Of a stretch of DNA of 64,000 nt, positions 10,545 to 22,895 are shown piece after piece. The notes beneath the pieces were generated by a model. The model made no database searches. It was not told the origin of the DNA and saw only the letters and a program-made list of their open reading frames with translations. The stretch lies in the NCBI RefSeq assembly GCF_006345805.1, contig NC_042997.1, positions 138,260,001 to 138,324,000 on the forward strand. Direction: 5' to 3'. Made by a program: the position numbers and the translations under genes. The stretch's first letter is position 1. Each line of letters starts with the position of its first letter. This DNA comes from Octopus sinensis (lineage: Eukaryota).

Positions 10545-13500
10545 GATGGCCGTCTCCCCACGAGCCAATCAAAGCTAAAAAATGATAACATTATCGTAGC
10601 ACCAAAATGTTTTTGGAAACTAAAAGGAAAACTAAATCAGTATGCCAAATCGCTTGTCCTATGGTTAATCTGGAAGCGCGGCCCCCAGGGAAGAGCCAGC
10701 CAGGGATCGAAAAGTCATCAACTGGCACAAACTTTTCTCCGAATACGGACATGGATGGTCACTTGAATGGGAAATCCCCCAACTCGAGCCCTCCAAGTTC
10801 ACCACCACAACCACCACAGAAAGAAAAATGTAAGCGGAACAAATGGACCCGAGAAGAGTATAAAGAAGTAATATACGCTTATTACTATGCATTAGGTAGG
10901 CCATCTCAAGAGAGACACACCGCAAACTCTTACAGTATATGGAGAACACGGAATCAAGACAGTAGGCCCTATTTGGACGAGAACAAATTAGCAAATGTGA
11001 GGAGGGATATCCTTAGAAATAACAGACTCACAGACAGTGAAATAAGCGCGATCAAGCACGCAACGGAAAATGACATAAATATAAGACACAAAGGAAATGA
11101 AGAATCAGATGAACAGTATAGCCCGCCACGAGGCTTATTGAAAGACTGCCATCTGACCAAAGTACGCAAAGGCCTGAAGATACAAGAATTCTATTGTACC
11201 TGTTAAAGATAGCCAGGAAAACGAAAAAAAAACAACAGTAACTGAAGATCTCACATTTGCTGAAGAACACAGAGAGTCTATGGCAGAAATGAGGCAGAAA
11301 ATCCTGAATACGCTTGAAGTTGTAAGACATACAAGTATGAATGATAGAGAACCACTTCATAAACTCTCAAATACAAACCAAAATAAAAAACAAATCCAAA
11401 TTGGCAACTATGTAACAAATGAAATAATACGAGAATTAAAACCTGATTTTACTGAGTTAAATGAAATTATTTACGCTTCTGCTAGGGCAATTGAAACCAG
11501 CTGTATGCCCCCCAAAAAACAAAGAAAACAAAACCTGGGAAGAAATCAAACCTGGAGAAGTAAAATTGAAAAAGAGATTGAATTCATGAGGGGAAATATC
11601 AATATTAAATGAACTAATATGTGGAAATGATGTAAGATCCAGAACAGGAAGAAAGATGAAGAGAAAATTTGGATCCTCACCAAGAGAAGAACTGATATCA
11701 ATAAAAGAAACGCTGAACAAAAAGTCCAAGCAAAAGCCCAAAGAATACGAAGATTTGAGAAGAGAAACAAGTTTTACAAGCAAAATAAGCTGTTCACATC
11801 CAATGCCAAAAAATTCTACAGAGAAATAGGGAAGGAGAAAGTAACCGTTAAAGACCCCCCTCCCATGGAAGAAGTTCAAAACTTTTGGAAAAGGATTTGG
11901 AGTGACAAGAAGACGTACACATAAATGCAGACCGGATTATACAAACTGAAGGATCCTACCAAAATTTACAACAACAAGCATGGGAAGACATCACAATAGC
12001 AGACCTAAGAAAGGCACTCACGAAGGCCCATAATTGGAAATCCCCCGGTAAAGATAGGGTGCCGAATTTCTGGCTCGCATCGCTCCCATGCACACACGGT
12101 AAGCTAGTTCAGCTGCTCAATGGAATTATGAGAGACCCAAAGAAAACACCTGAATGGTTAGCAAGTGGCATTACTTACCTACTCCCAAAGAATAACGAAA
12201 CCAACCTTCCAAAAAACTATCGGCCTATAACCTGTCTATCCACCACGTATAAAATCCTAACATCTATCCTGGCGGAGAACACATATGCATTCATGGAGAA
12301 GAACGATATTTTCCCCATTGAACAAAAAGGTGCCGCCGAGGCTCTTACGGATGCAAAGATCAACTGCTAATCAACCGTATGATCCTTGAGAACTGTCACA
12401 AGCGCAGAAATCTCAGCACCGCATGGATTGACTATAAAAAGGCCTTTGACAGTATACCGCATCCATGGATCTTGAGATCGCTGGACATCTTCAAAATTTC
12501 CCCTGTGATTTCAAACTTCCTGAAGCACAATATGTCGTTGTGGAATACGAATCTCCAATTATACCACTCTAATGGAGTACTTGCCTCAGAAAATATAAAC
12601 ATCAACTGTGGAATTTTTCAAGGTGACTCACTTTCACCTTTAATATTCTGCATAGCCCTAATACCCCTTACAAGTGAATTAAACAGAACAGGGTATGGGT
12701 ATAAAATTGCCAATAAAAAAATAAGCCATCTATTTTATATGGATGACTTAAAACTTTATGGTAAAGACAATAATGAACTTGAAGGCCTATTGCGCACAGT
12801 GAAAGCATTCAGCGATGACATTGGGATGGAGTTTGGACTTGAGAAGTGTGCCAAGGCCATTTTCCAGGAAGGGAAAGTGAAGACCACAAATTCAGTCGTG
12901 TTAGATGTTGACACAGTCATAAGAGAGCTTGAGCAAGAACAAACATACAAATATTTAGGGATAAATGAAGGTTCTGGTATTCAGCATGCAAGCATGAAAG
13001 AGAAAATCAGGAAGGAATGTTATAGGAGAGTTCGTGCAGTCCTGAAATCTGAACTAAATGCACGTAACAAGGTGTTAGCTATAAATTCCTTAGCAGTTCC
13101 AGTTGTTACTTATAGCTACAATGTGTTGAACTGGAATATGAGTGAAGTAAAGAATATAGATAGGAAAATACGCAAGCTGCTGAGTTGTAATAGGATGCAC
13201 CACCCAAAGGCAGATGTAGATCGCCTTTACCTTCCCAGAGCCCAAGGAGGTCGAGGCCTGATCCAATTTGAACTAGCTTACAAAACAACCACAATTGGAC
13301 TGGCCAAATATCTCGAAATATCGAATGACTGGATGCTAAAGCTCGTGGAAAATCACGAGAGACGAAAGAAGCTTCATTCTATCATAAAGGAAAGCAAAAA
13401 ATTTGCTATTGATCTCGTGCAGGATACCCAAACTGAACAACCCGAGGGAAGTATGGCAACTATTGTTGCAAAGAAGGTGAAAATGATGGCAATGAAAAAA

Positions 13501-14458
13501 GCGCACAAGCAATTGGCTGATAGGTGGGAGGAGAAACCTCTGCATGGCAAATATGTGACCCACAGCAAACAAGCTGATGTTGACCAGAAGCAAACCCATC
13601 AGTGGCTACGGAGCTCAGGGCTAAAAGCAGAGAGCGAAGGTTTCATCCTGGCTGCTCAAGATCAAAGCCTATTAACCCGGAACTACCAGGCCAATGTGAT
13701 GAAAAATGGAGCAGACCCAAAATGCCGATTCTGCAACGACATGATTGAAACAGTGGACCACCTAATCTCTGGATGTAAAGTCTTAGCACCAGTGGAGTAT
13801 AAATTAAGACATGACAGAGTTGGCCAATATCTCCACTGGCTAATAAGTCGACATTACAATATCAAAACTGCCGACAAGTGGTATAATCACCACCCTGAGG
13901 CTGTAACTGAAGGAGAAAATGTAACCATTCTGTGGGACTTTCCAGTACATACAGACCGAACCATCAAGGCCAATAAACCAGATATTGTTGTGAAAGACCA
14001 AAACAATAAAGTTTGCTTATTGATCGACATGAGCATCCCCTGTGATCATAATGTCTCAGCGAAAGAGTTTGACAAGCTCAGAAAATATAAAGACCTACTC
14101 ATTGAAATTGAGAAAATGTGGCATCTCAAGGCGGTTACAATACCAGTGATCGTAAGAGCACTAGGAATGATCAAGAAGGGAACCGAAAATTATATGAGAA
14201 TGATCCCTGGCTTACCATCCCTGCAAGAAGTGCAAAAGATTGTCTTAACTGGTACATCACATGTATTGAGAAGAGCATTGTCGATGTGAGAACTGTTGCT
14301 GCTCATGTATTTTAATTTAACTTAAAAAAAAAAAAAAATGAACGAACTACTGAGTTTGGTTTAATGGCCTACCAATGTATACTATGAGTTTCTTTGCCCT
14401 AGGAGTCGGGAAGACACTCGGCAAGGAATGGAAGCAAATTTGAAAGAAGAAAAAAAAA

Positions 14459-14493
<35 letters not shown>
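10545..14493 (+). mobile_element. Near-full-length R4/Dong-clade non-LTR retrotransposon (single RT-RLE ORF, frameshifted)
   Basis: N-terminal KWTREEYKEVIYAYY. RT motifs NYRPITCL, WIDYKKAFDS, GIFQGDSLSPL, HLFYMDDLKL, YKYLG. CCHC knuckle CRFC..ETVDHLISGC. RLE motifs RHD, KPDIVV, IDMSIP, KLRKY. 3' UTR and (TAA)n tail 14459-14493. Confidence 0.95.
12379..14289 (+). CDS. Reverse transcriptase / restriction-like endonuclease polyprotein (C-terminal 636 aa of the Dong ORF)
   Basis: ORF track. Contains YMDD, the CCHC zinc knuckle and PD-(D/E)xK-type RLE motifs. Upstream parts lie in ORFs 10607-11206, 11280-11612 and 12059-12370. Confidence 0.9.
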   Translation: MILENCHKRRNLSTAWIDYKKAFDSIPHPWILRSLDIFKISPVISNFLKHNMSLWNTNLQLYHSNGVLASENININCGIFQGDSLSPLIFCIALIPLTSELNRTGYGYKIANKKISHLFYMDDLKLYGKDNNELEGLLRTVKAFSDDIGMEFGLEKCAKAIFQEGKVKTTNSVVLDVDTVIRELEQEQTYKYLGINEGSGIQHASMKEKIRKECYRRVRAVLKSELNARNKVLAINSLAVPVVTYSYNVLNWNMSEVKNIDRKIRKLLSCNRMHHPKADVDRLYLPRAQGGRGLIQFELAYKTTTIGLAKYLEISNDWMLKLVENHERRKKLHSIIKESKKFAIDLVQDTQTEQPEGSMATIVAKKVKMMAMKKAHKQLADRWEEKPLHGKYVTHSKQADVDQKQTHQWLRSSGLKAESEGFILAAQDQSLLTRNYQANVMKNGADPKCRFCNDMIETVDHLISGCKVLAPVEYKLRHDRVGQYLHWLISRHYNIKTADKWYNHHPEAVTEGENVTILWDFPVHTDRTIKANKPDIVVKDQNNKVCLLIDMSIPCDHNVSAKEFDKLRKYKDLLIEIEKMWHLKAVTIPVIVRALGMIKKGTENYMRMIPGLPSLQEVQKIVLTGTSHVLRRALSM

Positions 14494-15280
14494 TAGATAG
14501 TTGAAAAGAACAGATCGCCTAGTACTTTAGTGCATGTCCAATTATAGTATCACCAATTTAGTGAGCGTGGTCACTAATATGAAAGTTGGTAAGAGGCAAA
14601 TATCAGAAGGCAAATTTTAAAGAAAAATATTTCTCATTAATGAGAGCTGACAAGCAGTAAGTGTATGTGTGCATGATCAGAGAAAGCGTTATAACTTACA
14701 TTTGAGATATGGATTCAGTTGGGAGTCATTATAAGCTAAAAGGAATGGAGCTAGCGTAAACAAAAATATACTGCTCATAACATGATCAGAGTAGTGAGCT
14801 GATGTCATCCAAAATTTCATGGAGCAAAGTTGGCATAGATGAAATAGGCTGTTCATGATGTGACAAGTTGAGAGCCAATGTAATTCAAAGTTTGCTGCAT
14901 GAAGTTGGTGTGAAAAACTGTCCATGATGAAGAAGCGATGTTGATGGTCTGCCATTTTTCTGCTAACTTCACTTCATAGGTAGAGAACTGCCTTTAGTAT
15001 TCATATGGACCCAGGAGGATGCCATAACACAACTGTGCTATGACATGACAACTAAAATAACTTTTTTCATATGCTGCAGTACCCCCTCTGCTCAGACTAC
15101 AAGTTGATACAAGCAACAGTAATGCAGCAAGAAAAAAAATGGAAGAAAAATGCAGAAAGAAATGTTCAAACAAGGGTAAAACATGAATACATCAAGAAAA
15201 GCAATATTACAAATGCAAGAAAAGGTAAGTATACAAGAATGAGAAAATGACAGGCACTTATATATATATATACAATCTGA

Positions 15281-15810
15281 TGGGCCAGGGTCCAACAAGA
15301 CCAATGTGGATGTGAGGGAAGCATGCATCTGGTGTGCTGAAGGTGCCGAGAGGGGCATGAATGTGTTTATGCACCTTTGACCTTTGGCAGTAGAGGCAAG
15401 AGTGAGACCAGTCAGTGACATCATGTCTCATGTTGGCCAGAAGAAACTAGCTGTAATGAGCTTCACTGAGGCTGAGGCTCCAGGATACGATAGATTATGC
15501 TGGGCTTCGAACACAGCTTGTCTCTGGGATGAAGGGACGAAGAGAATCTGTTGATACATCACACAAAACATGCTTGTCAGTGGTTGGCACAGGCAAATAT
15601 TTGAATTTGAAAGTCACAAGTTCAGGAGAAGATATCTTGATTGAGTCCTGAGGAGGTTGCTCAGAGGACAAAACATTGAGGTTGATATCCACAGTGGATG
15701 ATAAAGAATTAATTGACAGATGGGCCAGTGCATCTGCAGTAGTGTTTTGTGCACCAAAGATGTGTTGAATATTGTTGAGGATGGATGAAATGTTGTTGAG
15801 CATTTTGCCT
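15281..15810 (-). mobile_element. Ty3/Gypsy pol relic (RNase H end to integrase start)
   Basis: NIQHIFGAQNTTADALAHL (cf. DIQHIxGxxNxxADALSR), HVLCDVSTDSLRPFIP, FFWP/NMRHDVTDWSHSCLYCQRSKVHKH, FPHIHIGLVGPWP. Confidence 0.85.
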
Positions 15811-15992
15811 GGCATGCTAACAATTCGGCCAGCTTGCTGTCTTCATAATAATGATGATGATGATGATGATGATAATCAAATAGTTAAAAAGAACAGATAG
15901 CATGGTACCATAGGCTGCAGGTAGCAAGCCAACTACACATGCAATACTCCAAGAATTACAGCAATACCTGAAATAAAAATGATAATAATAAT

Positions 15993-16349
15993 AACAAGAT
16001 CACTCAGTACAAACATCCGCCAAGGCAACACCAACGCCCTCTCAATGATTAGCTGGAGAGGATTTTAAAATGAGAATATCTGAAATAAACTCGGCTGTTC
16101 TCAGAAATGAGAATGCTAAAAATAAACCCAACTGCTCTCAAAAATTAAGTAAAAATAACTAGAAAAATAATCCAGAATCCTTGTCCTGTACCAGATCAAT
16201 CCCAAAATCTAATCAGTTCATGCCAGTCACAAGGACAAACATCCCTGAAAGTTTCATCTGAATCCATCCAGCGGTCCTTGAGATATTTTGTCAATGGACA
16301 AACAAACAAACATGACTGAAAACAATACCTCTGCCTTCACTAAGGTGGA

Positions 16350-16354
<5 letters not shown>
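15993..16354 (+). mobile_element. Helentron-associated (HINE/DINE-1-like) non-autonomous element
   Basis: 5' aacaag start, sub-terminal motif catccgccaagg, internal aagtttcatctgaatccatccag...gagatat, (caaa)n microsatellite, and 3' stem-loop acctctgcctt-cact-aaggtggaggt, all in TAA context. Confidence 0.65.
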
Positions 16355-16401
<47 letters not shown>

Positions 16402-16431
16402 GTAACAACAACAACAACAGCAATAATAATA

Positions 16432-16472
<41 letters not shown>

Positions 16473-16687
16473 AATAATAATAATAATAATGATAATGATG
16501 ATAAGTTTACATGTTTACGTAACAAAATTAAATGCACAATAAAAAAATTTAGGAGGTAAGCATCTGCCAATATATATAAACTGCATAATTACAAAAACTG
16601 TAAACCACAGTAAAACATATAAAATAAAAAAAATTCAGGAATTCAAAAATTCAACTATGTGAACATCAGTATATATACATATGCATA

Positions 16688-16743
<56 letters not shown>

Positions 16744-17019
16744 TATTTTTCTATCAGTTATTAAAAATAGCACAAGGTAACACATTTGACCTCTGCTGAC
16801 CCCAAGGGTGTGGGGCCTCTTTTGTCTCCTTATAGCACAGGAATGTCCATTACTGCCCTCTTCACCATCTGCCAAATCTATTTACAGACCTGTAGAATTT
16901 GGTCTATTCACCAAGCTGCTACTCTTCCTCCTACTATTCCTCACATATTTATGATTATCTCAAGTACAAGACAAAAGTTGAAACTAAACATTTAATAATA
17001 CCTTTTAATAATAAATGAA

Positions 17020-17091
<72 letters not shown>

Positions 17092-17329
17092 TTAGCCAAA
17101 ACTCATGTTGGATCAGAGGAAATATTAACAATGACATATAGTAAAAATATGAAAATAATAATATCAGTGATGATAATAATAATAATAATAATGAAAGGGA
17201 GCAGTTGGAATATCCCCATCTCCTGATTGATGATACATCTAGTGATGGTGTCACAATAAAAACATGTAATTGCGCAACCTGATAATTGCTACCTCATATG
17301 AGTGATAATGAAAAAACAAAATATTGAGA

Positions 17330-19650
17330 ATAACAGTGGTAATGAAACTGAAGCCCTTAATGGTAACAGTGTTGCACCCAGCAGGCTTAGAGATATTGGT
17401 CTGACTCCAGCCTGTCGTTATCCAGCAAGGGACCAGCACACATAGCATAGATGGAACAAACAAGTCAATGGTGTGGTCATGGAGTGAGTAACCCTGCAGA
17501 CAAAAATGTTGCTCATATTAGGGGATACCAACAGCATATGTATGATCAATGGTGAGAAAGAGAATTGTTTCAACTCAGGGAACAGAAATTATGTGATCAA
17601 GCTAGAGCAATAAGAAAAAATTGTTGGTTCACTGAGGTAGAGATTGAAGCTATCAAAAGGCAGGTACTGGAAAACAGCAGCAGAAGAAATGATGAAAATA
17701 CAGTCCTTAGTGATAAAAGTAATCTCATAGCAGAAGACAGAGGTGAGATCTCTAATAAACCACAGGAAAGAAACAGTGATAGCTTGCTCGGTTAGAGACA
17801 TATCGATGGTCTGGAAGAAAACAATAAAACTAATGGTAACATGACAGATGGGCGAAAGTCAATCTACAACAGAATAAAGGCAAGGCTACAGAAGAGTGAT
17901 AGCAACATTATTTGCAAGTTTAAAAAGGTTGATCAGTGGAAATTGAACCAAAAAACAAAAAATGTGAATGAAATTCTGAAATACATCAGAACAAAAAATA
18001 TCAAATAATTTGATCAAGGCAAGTATTGTTGTTGTAGAAAATGTGGGTGTTGATGTCAAGAAAAAGAAATATAATGGGAGTGACAAAAGAAAAAAATCCA
18101 TGGTGGAAAAGAAGAATACAGTCAGAGTTAGATATGCTCTCAAAGGACATTTCTGTGTTAGGCTGAAAAGAGAAGGGGGAACTTAAAAGTGAACACAAAT
18201 ACAGGGAACTGAACAGGAAGTATGATATTGAATGAAAGAGCCTGAAAGTGGTAATGGAGGAACTGAAACAACACCTCATTGCAAAGAAAGCAAAGATGGT
18301 AAGATACAACCAAAGAATGAAGATATATCAGTAGAATAGGTTATTCAGAGTAGATCAGAAGAGATTCTATACATAAATATGTGGAGAGTGTACAGATGAA
18401 AAGTTGATACCAGATAACATTGAAAGTCAAAGGTTTTGGAGTGACATCTGGAGCAAAGACAAGAAGGATGCTGAATGGTTGCAAGAACTGAAACAAACAG
18501 TAGTCTGTCAAAAACAGGCAGAACTAGTCATTTCAGTTAGGGAAGTGAAGGAAATCAGCAAAAAAATGGGCAACTGGAAGGTCCCAGGATCAGATGGAGT
18601 TCAAGGCTACTGGATCAAAAGATTTGGTGAATGTTGTGCATAAATAGCTGCACAACTCAAACACCTTGTTAAATGCTGACCAAATAACACCAGAGCGGTT
18701 GACAATGGGTAGTGCTGTGCTTAAAAAACAGTGAAAAAGGCAACATGGTAGACAATTACAGGCCAATATCCTGCTTGCTAGTTATGTGGAAATTAGTGAC
18801 TGAAATTGTCACAGAGTCAGTGTATGGAATCTGGAGAAAATGGAGTCCTGCCATATGAACAGAATTCAAGAGCTGCCAACAAAATGTCAAACCACTTTTT
18901 ATTCATGGATGACTTCAAACTTTATGGTAAAGATGACTGCCCAAGAGCAAGCATTAAGAACCAATTACATCAAATACAGAGTAGACAACACATCAGAAAG
19001 TAATAAGTGCAGAATTTGTGGGCAAAGTGGTGAAACCATATGGAATATTGCCAGTCAATGTATGCCACTATCCCAGAAAGAATATAAGAGATGTCATGAC
19101 AATATAGTAATAGATACTTTGTAACAGAGCGAAAAAGTGGTATGAACATAAACCCAAAGGCATCATCAAAAATGATAATGCAAAGATCCTATGGGATTTT
19201 ATGATTCAGTGGGACCATGAGATAGAGAATAGGAAACCAGACATAGTGTTAATTGAGAAAGAAAGCAAACGATGCTGGATCATAGATATAGCATGCCCAG
19301 CTGACAACAAGATACACAATACGGAAGGAAGAAAAGTCGATAGATATGATAGGTTAGCATGGAAGGTTAAGCAGTAGTGGTTGCTGAAAAATATGGTGGT
19401 AGTACCAATAATTGTTGGAGCTCTGGGAACAGTGAATAAAAATCTTGAGAAGTACATGGAACAAATAGGGGCTGCAATAAGGGTGGAGCACTTGCAGAAA
19501 ACAGCACTGCTTGGAACCACTTGAATACTCCAGATAGTACTCAAAAAATAAGGGGTGTTACCTTAGTTCACTGGTAGTGAACAACTGGCACCATAGCACA
19601 TCTCCAGTGTTAGAAGCTGTGCAAAGACAATGAAATAATGATGATGATGA
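17330..19650 (+). mobile_element. Long decayed R4/Dong relic with internal deletions
   Basis: [114 protein letters not shown]. Confidence 0.9.
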
Positions 19651-19654
19651 TGAT

Positions 19655-20015
19655 TTTTCTACTATAGACACAAGGTCTGAAATTTTAGGGAGAGGAGGGT
19701 AGTTGACTACAGTAACCCTAGTGCTTGACTGGTACTTATTTTATTGACCCTGAATAAATGAAAAGCATTGCTAGAATTTGAACTCAGAACATAGATAACT
19801 GAAATCTTTTTCTCATGATCTAATGATTTCACCAGTTCACCACTGCACAAAGCTAGCAATTCTGAAGAGAGGGGTGAATTGTTAGTTACATCAACATCTA
19901 TTGACCTAAGAGTAATGACCGGCAACGTTGACCTTGAGGGGTTTTGAATTCTGAGCATAAAGAGCTGAAGGAAATATTATAAGGCATTTTGTCTGATGTT
20001 CTTAAGATTCTGCCA
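19655..20015 (-). mobile_element. Two decayed SINE family A copies
   Basis: Reverse-complement homology to 8059-8271. Confidence 0.6.
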
Positions 20016-20259
20016 ATAAAAACAACATTGTGTTTATGCTTTCCTCACAGACAGACATCAACAAGATAGCATCATTTTAGAATAATTATTAACCACTTGT
20101 CACAATTATTCAGTAAAGTAGCATTTATAATTAATGCTATGGTGTCTATAGATAAATGAAAAGGGTAAAAACAACAAAACATCACAGAGTGTCTGTCAAT
20201 GCCAGGCTTATTAATAAGCTGTTGTAAACCTCTATTAAATAGATAATGTTATGACTGAC

Positions 20260-20322
20260 GTTTTTGACTCCTTCCTTCCAAAGAAACTTCTTCTGGTCTT
20301 AAATATTCTAATTGTTTACTGG
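20260..20322 (-). CDS. Candidate coding exon (SKQLEYLRPEEVSLEGRSQK), gene unidentified
   Basis: Polypyrimidine tract plus ctgcag acceptor (alternative cag 4 nt inside), open purine-rich frame, donor C|gtcagt. Confidence 0.35.
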
Positions 20323-20589
20323 CTGCAGTAAGTAGTAAAGACAAACATGGATGAAATGGGATATAAATCATGATATAAAGAGACAAGTGAAGCTATAAGA
20401 TATAAAATTCTTAAAATAAGTCAATGTCACGTACATATAGGGAGATGCTAGTTCTGATATTTCAAGCAGACCTCTGCCTGCTGAAGTTATCTTATTTTAT
20501 GTATTTACTTATTTATTATCTATCACAACATTTCTGTGGTTTCCAGATTTCATTGTTCAATTACATATAATAAAAGTAGATTTCTTATC

Positions 20590-20995
20590 TGTTACTTGTT
20601 TCAGTCATTAGACTGTGGCCATGCTAGGACACCACCTTGAATAATTTCTAGCTGAATGCATCAATCCCAGTGCCTATTTTTTTTCCTTTTAAGCTTAGTA
20701 CTTATTCTATCAGTCTCTATTGTTGAACTGCTAAGTTATAGGAACGTAAACACACCACCACTGGTTGTTAAACAGTGGTGGGGTATAAATACAGACATAA
20801 AGACACACACACACACACACCACACACACACACATGATGGGCTTCTTTCAGTTTCAGTCTACCAAATTCACTCAGAAGGTTTTGGTCAGCCCAAGGCTAT
20901 AGTAGAAGACAATTGCCCAAGGTGCTACATAGTGGAACTGAACTCGGAATCATGTGGTAGAGAAGCAATTTTCTTACCATACAGCCATGCTTTTG
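20590..20995 (-). mobile_element. Full-length SINE family B (tRNA-like head, (TG)n linker, CR1-like tail)
   Basis: Minus strand: ggctgtatggtaagaa...gttccgagttcagttccact (A/B-box-like) ... aaggtggtgtcctagcatggccacagtctaatgactgaaacaagtaa. Confidence 0.85.
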
Positions 20996-21338
20996 TCTAG
21001 ATACAACAGAATTAAAAAAAAAAATATTGAGTTTTTTTTTTTAATTATGAACAAAAGGTCTATATTCTAAATGAGAAGGAAATGCAAATATGACATTCAT
21101 GCCTCTCTCAAGGGCTTGATTAAGAAGATCATTTTGTAACCATGTGGTTTCAGGTTCAGTCTTACAACCTGGCACCTTGGACAAGTGTCTTGGACAAGTG
21201 TCTTTTATTATTCTGGGCTGACCAATACCTTGTGAATGAATTTGGTTGACTGAAACTGTATGGAAGCCCTTCATATGTATGTTTGTTTGTGTATGCGTGT
21301 GTGTGTGTGTGTGTGTGTGAATGTATGTGTGTGAATAT

Positions 21339-22203
21339 GTCTGAGGGTACTAAATCTGGTGAATAGGGCAGGTGCAGAAGTGATACCATGTGGTTTTTGG
21401 TGAGAAACTCTCAAGTGAGGAGAGCTCGGTGACAAGATGCTTTTGCTGAATATCCTCCCTCAAACACTTCAAAACGTTGCAGTAGAACTCTCAATTGATC
21501 CTCTGGCCCTGGGAGATGAATTCTCAATGCACAATACCACATTTCCTGGGGTGATGCTCGTAGTAGGTCTTCCAGATCACTCATCGTCTTCCAGGGATGT
21601 TCTTCTGGTTTTGAAGCATTTGTGCCACTCAAAACATTGTATACAACCCATTGCCTCATCACTGTAAGCTTGCTGAATTATGCTCAATGTCTCTGTAGCA
21701 GACTTCCCACATTTAACACAAAATATCACGTTGGCTCTTTGTTCCTGTCCATGACAAAATCGCAGACTACAGTATAAATGTGATCACGGAAACATAAATT
21801 TCACAACTTAAGGCGGCGAGTGGGCAGGAACGTTAGCACACCTGGCAAAATGCTTAGCGGTATTTTGTCTGCCGTTACATTCTGAGTTCAAATTCCACTG
21901 AGGTCGACTTTGCTTTTCATCCTTTCAGGGTCGATTAAATAAGTACCAGTTACGCACTGGGGTCGAGGTAATTAACTCAATTCCTTTGTTTGTCATTGTT
22001 TGTCCCCTCTATGTTTAACCCCTTGTGGGTAATAAAGAAATAAGAAACATAATTTCACAACTTGTGAAATAAACACAGTGAAGTTACTCAGTACACTGCC
22101 TTATGAAGGTGATTATTAGCTCTCACTGAGTGCACAACTGTGTGCTGCCATCTGTTGGTGTGCTACAGAACTAGTCCGGCAACTTTTTGATACCACCTTC
22201 GTA
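21339..22203 (-). mobile_element. Mariner DNA transposon relic
   Basis: TIR tacgaaggtggtatcaaaaagttgccggactag (22171-22203, minus strand), HTH region WHKCFKTRRTSLEDDE*SGRP, and the catalytic-region motif LPYSPDLVPSD. Confidence 0.85.
21810..22043 (+). mobile_element. SINE family A variant inserted in the mariner with ~20-bp TSD
   Basis: TSD gaaacata(a)atttcacaactt at 21789-21809 and 22044-22063. The tail differs from 8059-8271 (cccttgtgggtaataaagaaataa). Confidence 0.9.
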
Positions 22204-22469
22204 TGTCCAAGGCATTTTGTCTGATGTTCTAATGATTCTAAAGAATTTTTTGCTGGCAATGGTCAGGTGCTCTACAACTTTTCCAGAAAGGGTAAAAGAG
22301 GGGACAAATAGCAGCAATATGTCAAATACAGAAGGAATAACAATGATATCTAAAGGTGCGGGACACAAGATAAAAATATTACGTTACTTTCCCTAAAGGA
22401 ACCTATTTTGTTTATCTTTTGTGGATTCTTTGGATTGGAGAAAATAAACTAAAGACCATATAATTTTAC

Positions 22470-22512
22470 CTAAATTCCTCATCGTCTTCTCTAATCAATA
22501 CAAATCCAGATC
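22470..22512 (-). CDS. Candidate coding exon (GSGFVLIREDDEEF), gene unidentified
   Basis: Acceptor aattgcag, donor AG|gtaaaa, open in the phase-1 frame. Confidence 0.3.
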
Positions 22513-22611
22513 CTGCAATTCTATATCATATCAAATGCCATAATGTACTTACACCATTGTAAGAGAAATAGTGTGTGATGCCAAGTTTAAGTTTCATACT
22601 GTACAAATTTC

Positions 22612-22895
22612 TGTTACAATAAGAGGACTGTCTGTGAAAGATTTCTCCAAAATAAAGCAAAACAAAGGAAGATAGATTACATTCACTCTCAGAATAGAAA
22701 CACTTCAAAAGAATTTCAGTTGCCATAATGCAACTACAACATTGCAAAAGAAATGGTATGTTAGCTCTGTTTTATAGCATACCAATTACTGCTACAACAA
22801 GAGGACCGTCTGTGAAAATTCCTCCAAAATAAAGCAAAATAAGAGAAGATAGAAGATTATATTCACTCTCAAAATAGAAACACATTAAAAAAATT
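22612..22895. repeat. Local imperfect direct duplication (~100 bp)
   Basis: acaataagaggactgtctgtgaaa...atagaaacac (22616-22705) repeats as acaacaagaggaccgtctgtgaaa...atagaaacac (22795-22885). Confidence 0.75.

Noticed and set aside
10543-10600. Possible HDV-like ribozyme at the Dong 5' end
   Set aside because: A P1/P3-like hairpin exists, but P1.1, P2 and P4 could not be built.
16666-16960. Purine-rich minus-strand reading frame (RNSRRKSSS...LADGEEGSNG)
   Set aside because: In-frame stop, poor acceptors and no recognisable family.
22553-22630. Minus-strand exon-like segment with a perfect GTAAGT donor
   Set aside because: Only ~40 nt from the next candidate acceptor, phase-incompatible with it, and overlapping a local duplication.
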